The position numbers and the translations under genes were made by a program. A model generated the notes under the pieces. That model was not told where the DNA came from and searched no databases. It saw only the letters and a list, made by a program, of their open reading frames with translations. A stretch of 63,805 nucleotides of DNA, filler included, from Octopus bimaculoides (lineage: Eukaryota): the NCBI RefSeq assembly GCF_001194135.2. It is 4 parts of 4 records of this genome, joined end to end, with 100 filler letters (N's around TTAATTAATTAA, not from the genome) between each part and the next. Parts side by side here need not be neighbours in the genome. Positions count along the whole stretch, not along the records: positions 43,539 to 58,157 come from NC_069009.1; positions 58,258 to 63,805 come from NC_068997.1; 2 more parts are not named here. One strand, given 5' to 3'. Shown here one piece after another: positions 53,491 to 63,805 of the stretch. Every line of letters starts with the position of its first letter. Position 1 is the stretch's first letter.

Positions 53491-53901
53491 GCCTCTGATA
53501 CAGTTTTCTACTCCAGACATGAAGCCATAAAGAAGGGAGCGAAACAAGAGAAGTCAAGTGGCTCCAGGGCCTCAGGGGATGCAATATTAATGACAACAAC
53601 AACAACAACAACAAACGCGGGCAACTGTTATTATTCCATTTATTTGCCACAGGGGCAGTTAATGAGGACAACATTATGAAGACGGTTTACAATTTACTGT
53701 GCTAAAAAGGTGGAGGGGGGTAGAAATGAGAGAAAATGTGTCCTCATTGTGGGGCAGATGTGGTCATGTGGTTAAGAAGCTTGCTTTGCTTTCACAGAGT
53801 TTCAGGTTCAAACACACTGCTTGGCAACGTGGGTGAGCCTCTTCGGGCCAACCAGAACCTTGTGAGTGAATTTGGTAGACAGAAACTGTGTGGAATCCTG
53901 T

Positions 53902-53954
<53 letters not shown>

Positions 53955-53984
53955 GTGGGGGTGCAGAAAAGTTCCAACCTGATC

Positions 53985-54830
53985 GCTAGATCTTGTAGAA
54001 ATCTTAGCCAAATCTTTCTGAAATCACACCCTGTTATGTATGTATGTATGCATGTATGTATGTATGCATGTATGTATGTATGTATGCATGAGCCAATGAG
54101 GGAGACCTCTACATGGTAGCTAGACCTGGTAGAAATAGTAGCCAAATCTCCCTCAAATCACACCCAACTGTCTTATGTATGTATAATATGTATGTATGAG
54201 CTAATGAGGGAAACATCTACATGGTAGCTAGACCTGGTAGAAATAGCNNNNNNNNNNATATGTATGTATGAGCTAATGAGGGAAACATCTACATGGTAGC
54301 TAGACCTGGTAGAAATAGTAGCCAAATCTCCCCCAAATCACACCCAACTGTCTTATGTATGTATAATATGTATGTATGAGCTAATGAGGGAAACATCTAC
54401 ATGGTAGCTAGACCTGGTAGAAATAGTAGCCAAATCTCCCTCAAATCACACCCAACTGTCTTATGTATGTATAATATGTATGTATGAGCTAATGAGGGAA
54501 ACATCTACATGGTAGCTAGACCTGGTAGAAATAGCAGTCAAATCTCCCTCAAATCACACCCAACTGTCTTATGTATGTAGATATGTATGCATGAGCCAAT
54601 GAGGGAGACCTTTACATGGTAGATAGACTGGGTAGAAATAGCAGCCAAATCTCCCTCAAATCACACCCTGCTGTCTTATCTATGTATATATGTATGTATG
54701 AGTCAATGAGGGAGACTTTTACATGGTAGCTAGACCTGGTAGAAACAGCAGCCAAATCTCTCTCAAATCACACCCTACTGACTTATGTATGAGCCAATGA
54801 AGGAGAGCTCTACATGGTAAATAGACCTAT
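53985..54830. repeat. 108-bp tandem array
   Basis: GTATAATATG recurs at 54361 and 54469; unit contains GGTAGAAATAGTAGCCAAATCTCCCTCAAATCACACCC; about 8 copies, further copies at 56080-56300. Confidence 0.9.
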
Positions 54831-55499
54831 TATAAACAAGTACAAATTTGTCACTAAGTGTTGCTGCGATCCATGGAATATCAGAAATGTGAAAGCTGCA
54901 GAAGCATTTTTGAATTCTTCAGCTTCCGTTAAATAATAAATATGATAAAGATCTGCATCTCATATCAAATACTTCCTCTTGTCGTACTTATCACCATCAG
55001 AACAGCAACGAACCAGTAAGTAGCTCGTTAAGAAACCTGTAACCATTGATGTGGTTTCTTGCTAACTACTGGTCTCGTATGAATAAATGAACATCTTTTA
55101 ATTACACACTTAATTATATCGAACAGCTTAAATAAAGCGAATTGTAAGGTTGTGAGATCGAATGACAACCTGGTCTCTCTCTCTCCGTAGAACATATGAT
55201 ATTGTTGCAGAAGACAATAACAGCTGGATGGGTGGGGAAAGCTCAGGTAAAGGATGAATTTTGTGATGGGGGAAATGAAAGTTAAGGAAGTAGGTGAGGG
55301 AGAAGGTGGTAGTGGGGGGGGGCTACAGGTAGTAGAGAAAGTTGTAGAGGTGGTGGTGGTAGTGGTAATGGTGGTGATGACATGATGATGGTGGTGGTTG
55401 TGATGTTAGTGAGTGGTGAGAGGAGTCACATGCTCTTCTAACATTGCTACTGCCACCTACACCACTAGCACATATACCACAACGACTGTCATCAAAGAG

Positions 55500-56060
55500 G
55501 TCACAGCTGGAATATTCTTTGTCATAGGACTGTCTGGATCAGGACTAACCTACAGCCAAACAACAACAACTATAGCCCCTAATACTAGCTACTGTACTAT
55601 ACATAAGATAATGTAGTCCTAGATACACTATGTCTGAATAAAAGATGGGATGGTTATAGTTGGAACAACTTTGCTCATAGTTCTACTGGATCAAAGGTTG
55701 ACCTGGGGTTAAACAACAACCACAACAGCCACTAATACTACCTACTATACTATACATTAGATAATGTAGTCCTAGATACACTATGCCGGAATAAAAGATG
55801 ACCTGAGGTTAAACTACAACTGTAGCCATTAATACTAACTTATATACCGTACGTTAGATAACATAGTCCTAGATACACTATGCTTGAATAAAAGATGGCA
55901 TGGCCATAGCCAGAACATCTTTGTTCATAGGTTTACTGGATCAAGATTGACCTGGGGCTAAACAACAATTACAGCTATAGCCACTAATACTATTATATTA
56001 TACATTAGATAATGTAGTCCTTAGATACAATTTGTGTGAATAAAGTTAGGATGGTTACTG
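55500..56060. repeat. Second array of the 150-bp repeat family
   Basis: Anchors at about 55547, 55701, 55801 and 55950 (periods of about 154, 100, 149). Confidence 0.85.
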
Positions 56061-57436
56061 CTGGAGTATATTTCCAGATCTCCCTAAAATCACATCTTAC
56101 AGCTTTATGTATACAGTCAATGAAGGAGATCTCTACCTGGTAGAAATAGCAGCCAAATCTCCCTCAAATCACACCCTACTGTCTTATGTATGTATATATG
56201 TATGTATGAGTCAATGAGGGAGATTCTACATGGTAGCTAGACGTGGTAGAAATAGCAGCCAAATCTCCTTCAAATTACACTATGTATATTTATATGTGTG
56301 TATGAGCCAAGTTCCTGGACTAGTTTTGTAGCATACCATGATTGCATGTACAGTGAGAGCTAGCAGTAACCTTCATGGGGCAGTGTGTTGAATGACATTG
56401 CTGTGTGAAATTTGAGTTTTTGTGATCACATGTATGCTGTGATTTTGTCTTGGACAGGAAATTGGAACAAAGAGCCNNNNNNNNNNNNNNNNNNNNNNNN
56501 NNNNNNNNNNNNNNNNNNNNNNNNNNNNNNNNNNNNNNNNNNNNNNNNNNNNNNNNNNNNNNNNNNNNNNNNNNNNNNNNNNNNNNNNNNNNNNNNNNNN
56601 NNNNNNNNNNNNNNNNNNNNNNNNNNNNNNNNNNNNNNNNNNNNNNNNNNNNNNNNNNNNNNNNNNNNNNNNNNNNNNNNNNNNNNNNNNNNNNNNNNNN
56701 NNNNNNNNNNNNNNNNNNNNNNNNNNNNNNNNNNNNNNNNNNNNNNNNNNNNNNNNNNNNNNNNNNNNNNNNNNNNNNNNNNNNNNNNNNNNNNNNNNNN
56801 NNNNNNNNNNNNNNNNNNNNNNNNNNNNNNNNNNNNNNNNNNNNNNNNNNNNNNNNNNNNNNNNNNNNNNNNNNNNNNNNNNNNNNNNNNNNNNNNNNNN
56901 NNNNNNNNNNNNNNNNNNNNNNNNNNNNNNNNNNNNNNNNNNNNNNNNNNNNNNNNNNNNNNNNNNNNNNNNNNNNNNNNNNNNNNNNNNNNNNNNNNNN
57001 NNNNNNNNNNNNNNNNNNNNNNNNNNNNNNNNNNNNNNNNNNNNNNNNNNNNNNNNNNNNNNNNNNNNNNNNNNNNNNNNNNNNNNNNNNNNNNNNNNNN
57101 NNNNNNNNNNNNNNNNNNNNNNNNNNNNNNNNNNNNNNNNNNNNNNNNNNNNNNNNNNNNNNNNNNNNNNNNNNNNNNNNNNNNNNNNNNNNNNNNNNNN
57201 NNNNNNNNNNNNNNNNNNNNNNNNNNNNNNNNNNNNNNNNNNNNNNNNNNNNNNNNNNNNNNNNNNNNNNNNNNNNNNNNNNNNNNNNNNNNNNNNNNNN
57301 NNNNNNNNNNNNNNNNNNNNNNNNNNNNNNNNNNNNNNNNNNNNNNNNNNNNNNNNNNNNNNNNNNNNNNNNNNNNNNNNNNNNNNNNNNNNNNNNNNNN
57401 NNNNNNNNNNNNNNNNNNNNTACTCAACTGTCTTAC

Positions 57437-57478
<42 letters not shown>

Positions 57479-58157
57479 ATGTATGTATGGACCAATACTA
57501 GATCTGTTGGAAATAGCAGCCAAATCTCCCTTAGAAAACCTGCCCATCTTGAACTGGAGACACTTTGGATATTGAATTGGCTTTATATAGGAAAACAGAC
57601 AGGATGGAATGTCTTTAATTATAGGTCAACTTGATAATGGCTGACCTATGAACTGGGACTGGACAACAGCAGTAACTACTACAGCATACCACATCCACTA
57701 CTATCACCAATACCACCACCACCACAACCTATGCATTTTGTGTCTCCAGTTGCATAAGAGTGCAGCATGAAAAAAATCAATGGTGAAATATTGAAATGAA
57801 GAGCTGAAAGGCGGTGGAGGTGGTGTTGGGTGGTCCTTAGAAAGTGGGATGTGTGTGTGTGTGTTTGTCTCCTTATTTATCTCTTTCAAGCAATCTTCTA
57901 CTTATCTCTCTTTCCCTCGATGTGTGTCTATCTGTCTTTCCCCTTATTTATCTATCCATCTCTCTACCTACCTTTGTCTCTCTGTCTCCCACCACTCTCC
58001 CCATCGATTTCTCTTTCCCTCTCTCTATATATCTATTCATCAATGTATTTTCTGTCTGCCTGTCTACCATCAAAATATGAGTCTGCTTTGCACACAAAGG
58101 GGTGTGTGAGGAAAGGGGGCAATGTCTATCAATAATATATATATATGTTCACCCACC

Positions 58158-58257
58158 NNNNNNNNNNNNNNNNNNNNNNNNNNNNNNNNNNNNNNNNNNN
58201 NTTAATTAATTAANNNNNNNNNNNNNNNNNNNNNNNNNNNNNNNNNNNNNNNNNNNN
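58158..58257. other. Artificial contig-join spacer
   Basis: 44 N + TTAATTAATTAA + 44 N. Confidence 0.92.
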
Positions 58258-58260
58258 ACC

Positions 58261-58308
<48 letters not shown>

Positions 58309-58560
58309 GTTTAGATAATAGATAATTTATTCTGATAATAACAACAATGAGGTATCTGAATGTCAAAAGTTTTTCTTAGAAACACATATGTACTTTCATT
58401 TGCATATACCCCAGTCTTTCAATGTGTGTGTGTATTAGTGAGTGTATGTGTGTGTTTGCCTGTGTGAATGCATACTCACACACTCACACACACACGTACA
58501 CACACACACCCTCATACACTGATAGATAAGCATTTAATATATTCTCTCATTGGTATTAAG

Positions 58561-58612
<52 letters not shown>

Positions 58613-59009
58613 NNNNNNNNNNNNNNNNNNNNNNNNNNNNNNNNNNNNNNNNNNNNNNNNNNNNNNNNNNNNNNNNNNNNNNNNNNNNNNNNNNNNNNNN
58701 NNNNNNNNNNNNNNNNNNNNNNNNNNNNNNNNNNNNNNNNNNNNNNNNNNNNNNNNNNNNNNNNNNNNNNNNNNNNNNNNNNNNNNNNNNNNNNNNNNNN
58801 NNNNNNNNNNNNNNNNNNNNNNNNNNNNNNNNNNNNNNNNNNNNNNNNNNNNNNNNNNNNNNNNNNNNNNNNNNNNNNNNNNNNNNNNNNNNNNNNNNNN
58901 NNNNNNNNNNNNNNNNNNNNNNNNNNNNNNNNNNNNNNNNNNNNNNNNNNNNNNNNNNNNNNNNNNNNNNNNNNNNNNNNNNNNNNNNNNNNNNNNNNNN
59001 NNNNNNNNN

Positions 59010-59054
<45 letters not shown>

Positions 59055-59459
59055 CTTATATGTATATATATACAAATGTATACATATTTATATATATATA
59101 TGTGTGTGCACATATATATATATATACATACATGTATGTATGTATGTCTGTATGTATGTATGTATATCTATGTGTGTGTATGTAATAATATATATGCGTA
59201 TGTATGCAATTATCTATATATGTATAAGTATTTGAGAAATCTCCACCAAAATAGCTAAAAAGAGACAATAAGTGTTCTGGAGATAAATTCCAGACAAAAT
59301 TTTCTCTGTCGTCGAAAGAATTATATAGACTCTGATGAATTCAAACTAATTAAAGAAGTCTTCCACAGATTTCGGTCCTGCTTGCTTGTAATTCTTGAAA
59401 GTCTTTTATTAATTAAGTCTAATTGTTTTCTCTTTACCTATTCTTTGCACTAGTGAGTT

Positions 59460-62420
59460 GCTGGGGATAAATGTGTTGTTGTTGTTGTTGTTGGCAGCGG
59501 TGGTGGTGTTGGTGGTGGAGGTGGTGGCATTGTTGGGGTGAGATCGAAGTTAGCATTTAAGAATGGCAGCAGGGATGACTGTTGTGGGAATGGTGTTAGT
59601 GTTGCAAGAATAGTGTTGTGGGGATGGTGGAATCGTGGTTGATATTGTGGACATGAATCTGGTGTTCTTAGAGGAGTGGCTGTATTGTGGGATTGGAGGT
59701 TACGTTATAAGAATGGTTGTGAAGTTGCGGGAATGATGGTTATATTGTGGAGATAGTGGTTTATATTGTGGGTACAGTGGTCATTTTCTGAGAATGGAGG
59801 GGGGATCATGTTGTAGAAATGGCAGTTCTATTGTGGGAATGGTGGTTATTTTGTGTGTGGGGTGGGGGGTGACTATATTGTATGAATAGTAGTCATTTTG
59901 TGGGTATCATATTTTGGAAATGGTGGTTTTGTGGGAATGATGGTTATATTGTGAGGATAGTGTTTATATTGTGAAGATGTTTGTTCTATTGTGGGAATGG
60001 CAGGAACATATTGGACATAGTGGTAGTGTTGTGGGAATTGGTAATATCATGGTGGGAACAGTGTGGGCTTTGTAAGAATGGTTGGGGTGTCATTAGCATG
60101 ATGCTATTATTCAAAGAATGGTGATGGATGCTGTGGAGACGGTCATGCTCATACTAGAATAATGAATGTATTGAGGGAATGGCAGTGTTATTGTGAGCAT
60201 AATGGGTAGAGAGGTGGGGTGAGGTGAGACGAAAAATTTGGTGGGTAGGATGGTTGTAAAGCAAACTACATTGTGAGAATGGTGATTATATCATGGGCAT
60301 ATAGTGGAAGGGCCATCTTAGCAACATTGTATAATAGCCCCAGCAAATCAATGCTCTGGGCCCTTGAGATGGAAGTAATCATCATCATCATCATCATCAT
60401 CGTTTAACGTCCGCTTTCCATGCTAGCATGGGTTGGACGATTTGACTGAGGACTGGTGAAACCTGATGGCAACACCAGGCTCCAATCTAATTTGGCAGAG
60501 TTTCTACAGCTGGATGCCCTTCCTAACGCCAGCCACTCAGAGAGTGTAGTGGGTGCTTTTACGTGTCACCCGCACGAAAACGACCACGCTCAAAATGGTG
60601 TCTTTTATGTGCCACCCGCACAAGCCAGTCCAGGGGCACTGGCAACGATCTCGCTCGAAAGGTTGTGCATATACTTACTGATAGCAATCCACAATATACA
60701 TAGATCATATTTGGGCCCATATGCCTGTAAGGCCCCCAAGGGGCAACTTTCCACTGTTCTTATGCTTTAGACAGTAATGTGTGGTGGTGTAGTGGGGATG
60801 GTGGTAAGTGTTATTGTGGGATTTTTGGTGATGCTTGTGAGTTGTGGGAATAGTCATTGTGGCAGAAAGGAGGGGTAGGGTAACCGTTCTAGTGGTATTG
60901 AAGTAAAATGGGTAGAATGATACTTTGGGGTAAGTGGTGATGGTGTAGAATACTGGTTGCTGGAATGGTGGTGGCATGTCACAATAAAGGAATGCTGCAG
61001 GTGCAGAATACTTGTGGGAATCAGGGTTAGTGGCATTTCTCTGTGGGATAGGTTTTGGTGGTGTAGAATGCTAGTGGTGTAGGATGTTGGCATAGAATGT
61101 TAATTTTGTGGGATTGTAGTATAGAAGGGGATTATTTTTGAAGAGCAGAATCATGAGTTAGTGGTAAAGAACTATAGCACTCCATAACATACATCGATCC
61201 TATTTGAGCCCATATACCTGTAAAGCCCCAAGGGGCAACCCCCCCCCACTGTTTCTATGCCTTAAACAGTAATGTGTGGTGGTGTAGTGGGGATGGTGGT
61301 AAGTGTTATTGTGGGAATTTTTGTGATGTTCGAGTGGAGCTGGTGGAATCGGTGATGTAATATGGTAATAATAGTGTTGTAGTAGCATTGATGTAGTGGT
61401 ATTTGTGGAGGAAAATGATAATGGTATGTTCATGGTGGTGGAGTTGAAAAATCTCAGTTATGTAGTGTAGTAGCAGTAGTGGTGGAAGTGGGTGGTGGTA
61501 GTAGTGGTTGTGCTGGTGGCAGCAGTGGTAGTAGTATTCATGGTGGTTGCAGTGGTAGTCGTGGTCATTGTCAGGGATACATGATAGTTGTGGTGGTCAC
61601 TCTGAGATTGACATGATACAAATGACTATTATGGCAGTGGTGGGGGTGGGGGTGGCAGCGATGGTAATGGTGGTAGTGATGGTGGTTAGCAGTTCTGAAG
61701 CAGAAAGGGTTACATTGGTAATGGTAACGGAAATGGTAATTAGAAATCATATATGAGAGTTGTGATGGTTGATGTTAGTGAAGATGGTGGTGGTGGTGGT
61801 GGTGGTGGTGGTAGTGGTGGTGGCGGTGNNNNNNNNNNTGGTGCTGGTGGTGGTGGTGGTAGATGTGGTGGTCATAGTGGTGTTGGTGGTGTTAAATGGA
61901 AGTGAAGTTGAAAGCAATGGTGATGAAGCATTTTGTATGAGACTCAGGTAGATGGGTGGCACTTGGGTGGAATTGGTTGGCACACGATGAAGAGAAGTTC
62001 TTGAATTAAAATCAAGAGGAGAATGAGAGGAGAATCCTTGTAAAGAGGTGATTCTCAAAAGGATTTAGGATGGTTTTTGTCACAAAAATTCTTAGATACA
62101 AAGAGTGTGCATAAAATGATAATAATGATGATGACGACGACAGTGATGACGGTGACGAAGATGATGAGGATGATGATGATGATGATGATGAAGAGGATGA
62201 TGATGATGATGACGATGACAGTGATGATGATGATGATGATGAAGAGGATGATGATGATGACGACGATGACAGTGATGATGGTGATGATGATGATGACGAT
62301 GAGGATCAAGACGATTACGACAATGATGACAATTATATGGGGATGATGATGATACTGATGAAGTCGACAAAAATAGTAATAATTGTAATGATGATTATTA
62401 GGATTAGCATACTGATAAAT
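59460..62420. repeat. G/T-rich low-complexity domain ending in a (GAT)n-rich tract
   Basis: Degenerate TTGTGGGAATGGTGG motifs, (GGT)n and (GAT)n; very few C on the + strand outside the SINE. Confidence 0.8.
60378..60660 (-). mobile_element. SINE 3' half
   Basis: (CAT)n-CGTTTAACGTCCGCTTTCCATGCTAGCATGGGTTGGACG...; same family. Confidence 0.8.
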
Positions 62421-62895
62421 AATAATGATGACAATGATAAGAAAATTAAAAGAAGCTAAATTAATTAAAGTAAATTCATATTCATAATGAAAAAAAATAT
62501 ATATTGGTAAGAATGAATTATAATTAGTGTGAAATCTGAGTATGCATTTAATTGTGCATGCATGCATGCATGTGCGCATGTACATATGCGTATAAATATT
62601 CTATATATGTGCATAAGTACATATATGCACACATATATAATATATATATATATATATATATANNNNNNNNNNNNNNNNNNNNNNNNNNNNNNNNNNNNNN
62701 NNNNNNNNNNNNNNNNNNNNNNNNNNNNNNNNNNNNNNNNNNNNNNNNNNNNNNNNNNNNNNNNNNNNNNNNNNNNNNNNNNNNNNNNNNNNNNNNNNNN
62801 NNNNNNNNNNNNNNNNNNNNNNNNNNNNNNNNNNNNNNNNNNNNNNNNNNNNNNNNNNNNNATATATATACATGCATACATACAATCATACATAC

Positions 62896-62928
<33 letters not shown>

Positions 62929-63184
62929 CATACAAAGTATGGGGGTTTAGTTCACAAGTGATCTAAACGATTAGGTACGCTAGGTAAGTGCTGTAACAGA
63001 TTGCTAGGGCTCCAAGATTATAACCAAGATGGTAGTTATGAAGCTATAGCAGATTTCTGATGCAGCAGATATATAACTGTTGTTCTCTTTCACAATTGTA
63101 TATATATATATATATATGTGTGTGCGTGTTGCATATATATATGTGTGTGTAAGTGCATATATATATTGTTCAGTGACAGTCCTC

Positions 63185-63560
63185 TCAGATCAGTTCATGA
63201 ATTTTCTTGAAGTTTTCATTTGTTTGGGAGGTCGGCAGACATCCTGAACGAGGTTGGTCTTCAAGCATTAAGTGATCATTCCCAAAGAGTGAAAAGCACT
63301 CGTAAACTTGTATTTTGCTCAAGGCAGCGTCCTTGTAAGCTGTCTGAAGCATGACAAGTGTTTCAGGCATCGTTTTCATCAGCAGAAAACAGAATTTCAT
63401 GGAAGTATACTGTTCTTTCGTTTCAGCCATTGCAAAAGTCGACGAACAGGGAAGAAGCACTGAAAAACAAAAATGCACCACATGGTAGGACCACTTCACA
63501 GGACACTGCCGGTTGGCTGACATAAGTCAGGTTGCATCAAGTGGCTTCTAGTGGCAGAAG
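63185..63560 (-). mobile_element. Mariner transposase N-terminal relic
   Basis: EQYTSMKFCFLLMKTMPETLVMLQTAYKDAALSKIQVYECFSLF...LEDQPRSGCLPTSQTNENFKKIHELI. Confidence 0.88.
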
Positions 63561-63753
63561 TCTGAACTACAATGGGCTTGTCCCACAGAGAACGCTTCCA
63601 GTTACTTTTGGGTACACTCCTCGCATGTAAATATGTGTGAATGCATGTTTCTACATATACATATATATATGTGCCTATACACATCGATATATGAGTTTCA
63701 TGGAAAATACATGTATATAGATGTGCATATGAAGGAACATATTTAGTAATTGT

Positions 63754-63805
<52 letters not shown>

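Noticed and set aside
62077-62585. Poly-Met, poly-His and poly-Ile ORFs (also poly-Ile/Tyr at 6650-6964, poly-Thr/Val at 53170-53674)
   Set aside because: Translations of trinucleotide repeats, open in several frames, with no gene structure.

Overview
Gappy (about 7 kb of N), AT-rich, microsatellite-dense eukaryotic DNA. The SINE families and repeat landscape suggest an octopus (inference). One gene is firmly identifiable: RFC3 (replication factor C 38 kDa subunit, yeast Rfc5 orthologue). Its last six coding exons lie on the + strand at 31212-38943, all with GT-AG borders and consistent phases. Its 5' exons are not visible and probably lie in the artificial contig join at 30733-30832. The rest is mostly mobile DNA: R4/Dong-like and HERO-like non-LTR retrotransposon fragments, a Penelope-like fragment, two mariner relics, a Merlin-like MITE with an 8-bp TSD and a (TAACCC)n core, a Helitron/Helentron-like element with an internal tandem array, many tRNA-derived SINEs and several minisatellites. 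Several exon-like segments on the - strand (12.1-15.2 kb, 21.0-21.4 kb, 28.8-30.3 kb) may belong to unannotated genes, but I cannot assign a product. Nearly all entries in the ORF track are microsatellite or N-gap artefacts. I found no convincing novel biological system; the best leads are listed with caveats.
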